The notes under the pieces were generated by a model. It was given only the letters and a program-made list of their open reading frames with translations. It ran no database searches and had not been told where the DNA came from. From positions 1-51,458 of IMG/VR virus record IMGVR_UViG_3300028907_000006: a stretch of DNA of 51,458 bases; one strand, 5' to 3'. Each line of letters opens with the position of its first letter. Within the stretch, counting starts at the first letter, position 1. Positions 48,912 through 51,458 of this stretch are shown here, piece after piece. Both the position numbers and the translations under genes were made by a program. This DNA is from a virus.

Positions 48912-49894
48912 TGAGGGGGGCTACAGTTTTAATCACTGGCGGCACAGGGTCATTCGGAAAAGCATTTGTAAAACACATTTTGAATTTTGGATATGGCGTT
49001 AAAAAAATCATTGTCTTATCTCGGGATGAGCTCAAGCAATCGGAAATGGCTGTGGAGTTTAACAATGACGACAGGCTAAGGTTCTTTATTGGTGATGTCC
49101 GTGATAAAGATCGTTTAATTAGGGCATTTTACGGAGTGGATTATGTTATTCATGCGGCGGCTTTGAAGCGAATCGAGGTGGGTGAATATAATCCAGGAGA
49201 ATTTCTGAAGACTAATGTGTTGGGTACACAAAATGTTGTTGAGGCGGCAATAACTTGTGGCGTCAAAAAGTGTATGTTACTGAGTACAGATAAAGCCTGT
49301 GCTCCAGTTAACACATATGGGAAAACAAAGGCGTTGGCTGAATCCCTTTTTGTTGCGGGCAATTCCTACTCGGGCATGAATTTGCCGAGATTTTCTGTTG
49401 TTAGATACGGTAATGTGCTTGGTAGCAGGGGTAGTGTAATCCACCTATTCAAGGAGCAAGCTAAAACCGGGACAATAAAGATAACAGATTTGGGAATGAC
49501 TCGGTTTTGGATCACTCTCGACAGCGCAGTACAGTTTGTATTGGATTGTCTCTGCGTTATGAAGGGTGGAGAAATTTTTGTACCCAAACTCCCGAGTATG
49601 AGGGTTATGGACTTAGCTATGGCGATTGCCCCTAACACAAAAACCGAGGTGATTGGGGTTCGTCCGGGCGAGAAGATTCATGAGTATATGATAAACAAGG
49701 ATGAATCCCGCCATGCTTTGGATGATATGTCTAGGTACATTATTTATCCAGAGTATCAATTTTGGGGGCAAACGGCCTATTCTGGAGTTCCTGTACCTGA
49801 AGGTTTTGAATACTGTAGCCATTTGAATGACGTATGGTTGAGCGTGAAGGAGTTGAAGGAGGTTGTTTCAAAAGATAAGGGGTTTGTGGTATAA
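48911..49894 (+). CDS. pseB: UDP-GlcNAc 4,6-dehydratase (PseB/FlaA1/CapD-type SDR)
   Basis: VLITGGTGSFGKAF, LSRDELKQ, RFFIGDVRD and NTYGKTKALAESLF (YxxxK). Confidence 0.8.
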   Translation: MRGATVLITGGTGSFGKAFVKHILNFGYGVKKIIVLSRDELKQSEMAVEFNNDDRLRFFIGDVRDKDRLIRAFYGVDYVIHAAALKRIEVGEYNPGEFLKTNVLGTQNVVEAAITCGVKKCMLLSTDKACAPVNTYGKTKALAESLFVAGNSYSGMNLPRFSVVRYGNVLGSRGSVIHLFKEQAKTGTIKITDLGMTRFWITLDSAVQFVLDCLCVMKGGEIFVPKLPSMRVMDLAMAIAPNTKTEVIGVRPGEKIHEYMINKDESRHALDDMSRYIIYPEYQFWGQTAYSGVPVPEGFEYCSHLNDVWLSVKELKEVVSKDKGFVV

Positions 49895-51077
49895 GCAATC
49901 TCAATCGTTTAGGGCCACAATAATACAATTGGCTCGGAGGGCTATTTGGTCCCCAGTAAATTACGAGTCATTAGCCAAGGAGGGTTACGGTCAGAACGTA
50001 TATGTATTTGCTTGCGTCAGGCAGATCGCTATGGCGGCTTCAGGAATCAACTGGGTGCTGTATCAAAAAGGAAAATCGTTGAAGGAGATCGAGAATCACC
50101 CTTTGATTGACCTGTTACAGAGACCCAATCCAGACCAGGGATTCAGCAGGTTCTTGGAGAATGTAATTGGCTATCTTATGTTGTCGGGCAACTCCTATAT
50201 TGAGAGTGTATCTCCAACAACTGGTCCTCCGAGAGAGTTATATGTGCTGAGGCCAGATCGTATGAGGGTTATTCCTGGAAACTCCATACAGCCTGTGGCC
50301 GGATATGAGTACAGTGTAGGAATGAGTAAAGTTCCATTTGATGCGAAAACTGTGCTCCATTTGAAGTTGTTTAATCCGTTGGATGATTGGTACGGTATGT
50401 CGCCACTTCAGGCGGCGGCTCGGTCGGTAGATCAGAACAACGAGAGCAAAGCCTGGAACGTGGCTCTGTTGCAAAATTTCGCTCAACCTGCAGGAGTATT
50501 TAAGACAGAGCAAAACTTGGATGACGAGCAGTACAACAGGCTTCAGGGGGAGTTCAACTCCAAATATCCGGGGTCACCTAATGCTGGCAGGGCAATGTTA
50601 TTAGAGGCAGGAATGTCCTGGGAAAGCATAAGTCTATCTCCAGCAGATATGGCTTGGATAGAGGGTCAAAAGTTGTCTGCTAGAGAAATCGCCATAGCGT
50701 TCGGAGTTCCTCCAGAGATGATTGGAGACAATACCAATAAAACGTATTCCAACTACCAAGAAGCCAGATCAGCATTCTATGAAGAAACGATATTGCCCCT
50801 GTTGGATTGGATTCGAGATGAGTGGAATAATTGGTTAGTTCCACTTTTTGGAGACAATCTCTATTTGGATTACGACCGGGATGATATTGAGGCACTTCAA
50901 GAATCTCGTGACGCCACTTGGGCCAGAGTTCAAAAATCTTGGTGGATAACACTCAATGAGGCAAGATCAGCTACTGGTTACGACGATGACCCAGATTTCG
51001 GCGACATGTATCAATGGCAGTTGAATCCAAAAGCTCCTTCTGCGGAAACAGAAACAAAAAGCAATTTCCCTTTTTAG
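49863..51077 (+). CDS. Portal protein (HK97 family)
   Basis: GNSYIE, LFNPLDDWYGMSPLQAA and IAFGVPPEMIG are typical of Phage_portal. The start is uncertain (TTG 49863 overlaps the pseB-like 3' end). Confidence 0.85.
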   Translation: MFQKIRGLWYKQSQSFRATIIQLARRAIWSPVNYESLAKEGYGQNVYVFACVRQIAMAASGINWVLYQKGKSLKEIENHPLIDLLQRPNPDQGFSRFLENVIGYLMLSGNSYIESVSPTTGPPRELYVLRPDRMRVIPGNSIQPVAGYEYSVGMSKVPFDAKTVLHLKLFNPLDDWYGMSPLQAAARSVDQNNESKAWNVALLQNFAQPAGVFKTEQNLDDEQYNRLQGEFNSKYPGSPNAGRAMLLEAGMSWESISLSPADMAWIEGQKLSAREIAIAFGVPPEMIGDNTNKTYSNYQEARSAFYEETILPLLDWIRDEWNNWLVPLFGDNLYLDYDRDDIEALQESRDATWARVQKSWWITLNEARSATGYDDDPDFGDMYQWQLNPKAPSAETETKSNFPF

Positions 51078-51458
51078 GCGATGCCGCTGGTGACAGGGCG
51101 GCGTATTGGAAGGCATATGATTCTTCGAGAGAAGAATATGTGCCTTTTTTTCAGAAGTCAATCGCAAAAATTTTCAGGAGCGAATTGACTTTATTGAAAC
51201 GTGCGATATTGGCCGGAGAAGAAATTTCTACAGCCATAAAAGACAAACCGTGGATGTTGATGTATTCTTCCTTGGCTTCAGAAATCGTGCCCCGATTCGC
51301 CCAAGATTCTTTTGATTCATTGATGCAAGTAAAAAGTAAATGGCTGGGTTGGAATGCTACTGCTAAAGTCTATGCCTTGGCGTATAGTGCTAAGTTTGTA
51401 AAAGACATAACTGATACAACCAAAAGCCAAATTCAAGGAATTTTAGACCAAGGCTATA
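51014..51458 (+). CDS. Head morphogenesis protein (SPP1 gp7/Mu F-like), N-terminal part; continues at nt 128 after the 127-bp terminal repeat
   Basis: The frame opens at 50990 and the first start is the ATG at 51014, overlapping the portal 3' end. There is no stop before the window end, and the sequence 51332..51458 equals 1..127 in the same frame. Confidence 0.65.
   Translation, partial: MAVESKSSFCGNRNKKQFPFLGDAAGDRAAYWKAYDSSREEYVPFFQKSIAKIFRSELTLLKRAILAGEEISTAIKDKPWMLMYSSLASEIVPRFAQDSFDSLMQVKSKWLGWNATAKVYALAYSAKFVKDITDTTKSQIQGILDQGY
51332..51458. repeat. Terminal direct repeat, identical to 1..127
   Basis: Direct comparison of the two ends. Confidence 0.95.

Overview
The window is a complete, circularly closed (or terminally redundant) tailed-phage genome of about 51.3 kb. 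Nt 1..127 are repeated exactly at 51332..51458, so the unit length is 51,331 bp. The genome has two arms. The plus-strand late arm runs 42343 -> end -> 1 -> 22088. It encodes an ArpU/RinA-like late activator, terS, terL, a six-gene sugar cassette, an HK97-type portal, an SPP1 gp7-like head protein, prohead protease and major capsid protein. A 6.8-kb block of unusual head-module ORFs follows, then connector/neck genes, two tail-tube paralogs, a G/GT chaperone with a -1 frameshift, tape measure, distal tail genes, a papain-like peptidase, holin and amidase. No sheath gene is seen, so the tail is siphovirus-like. The minus-strand early arm runs 41231 -> 22123. It encodes a nucleotide-metabolism/DNA-modification set, prim-pol/SF3 helicase, family-A DNA polymerase, a Cas4-like exonuclease/Sak4-like ATPase/DUF669 recombination set, SNF2 helicase + VRR-NUC, and many small ORFs. 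The arms diverge at a 1.1-kb AT-rich non-coding region (41.29-42.34 kb) and converge on a bidirectional terminator at 22.1 kb. I found no integrase or CI-type repressor, so the phage is probably virulent. Strong AGGAGG ribosome-binding sites, frequent TTG/GTG starts, a Cu-amine-oxidase-N-like domain, a dockerin-like ORF, and ArpU- and SpsF-type genes point to a Bacillota (Clostridia/Bacilli-like) host. The most interesting candidates are these. (1) A pseudaminic-acid-like nonulosonic-acid pathway sits between terL and portal in the late operon. It may act with a sialyltransferase-like ORF, a beta-propeller ORF and many Ser/Thr-rich small ORFs in the head module, giving a possible virion-glycosylation system. 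(2) A T4-like cytosine-replacement toolkit is present: a ThyA-fold enzyme with Asp at the Asn177-equivalent position, a dNMP kinase, a MazG-like enzyme and a dCMP deaminase. An extra P-loop kinase and a 334-347-aa orphan sit beside it as a possible hypermodification step. (3) Eight copies of an early promoter (TTTACT-N17-TATAMT) occur, six of them inside a reiterated ~90-bp cassette with a palindrome, phased A-tracts and a conserved leader. All functional calls rest on motif recognition from memory and gene order; no database search was possible.
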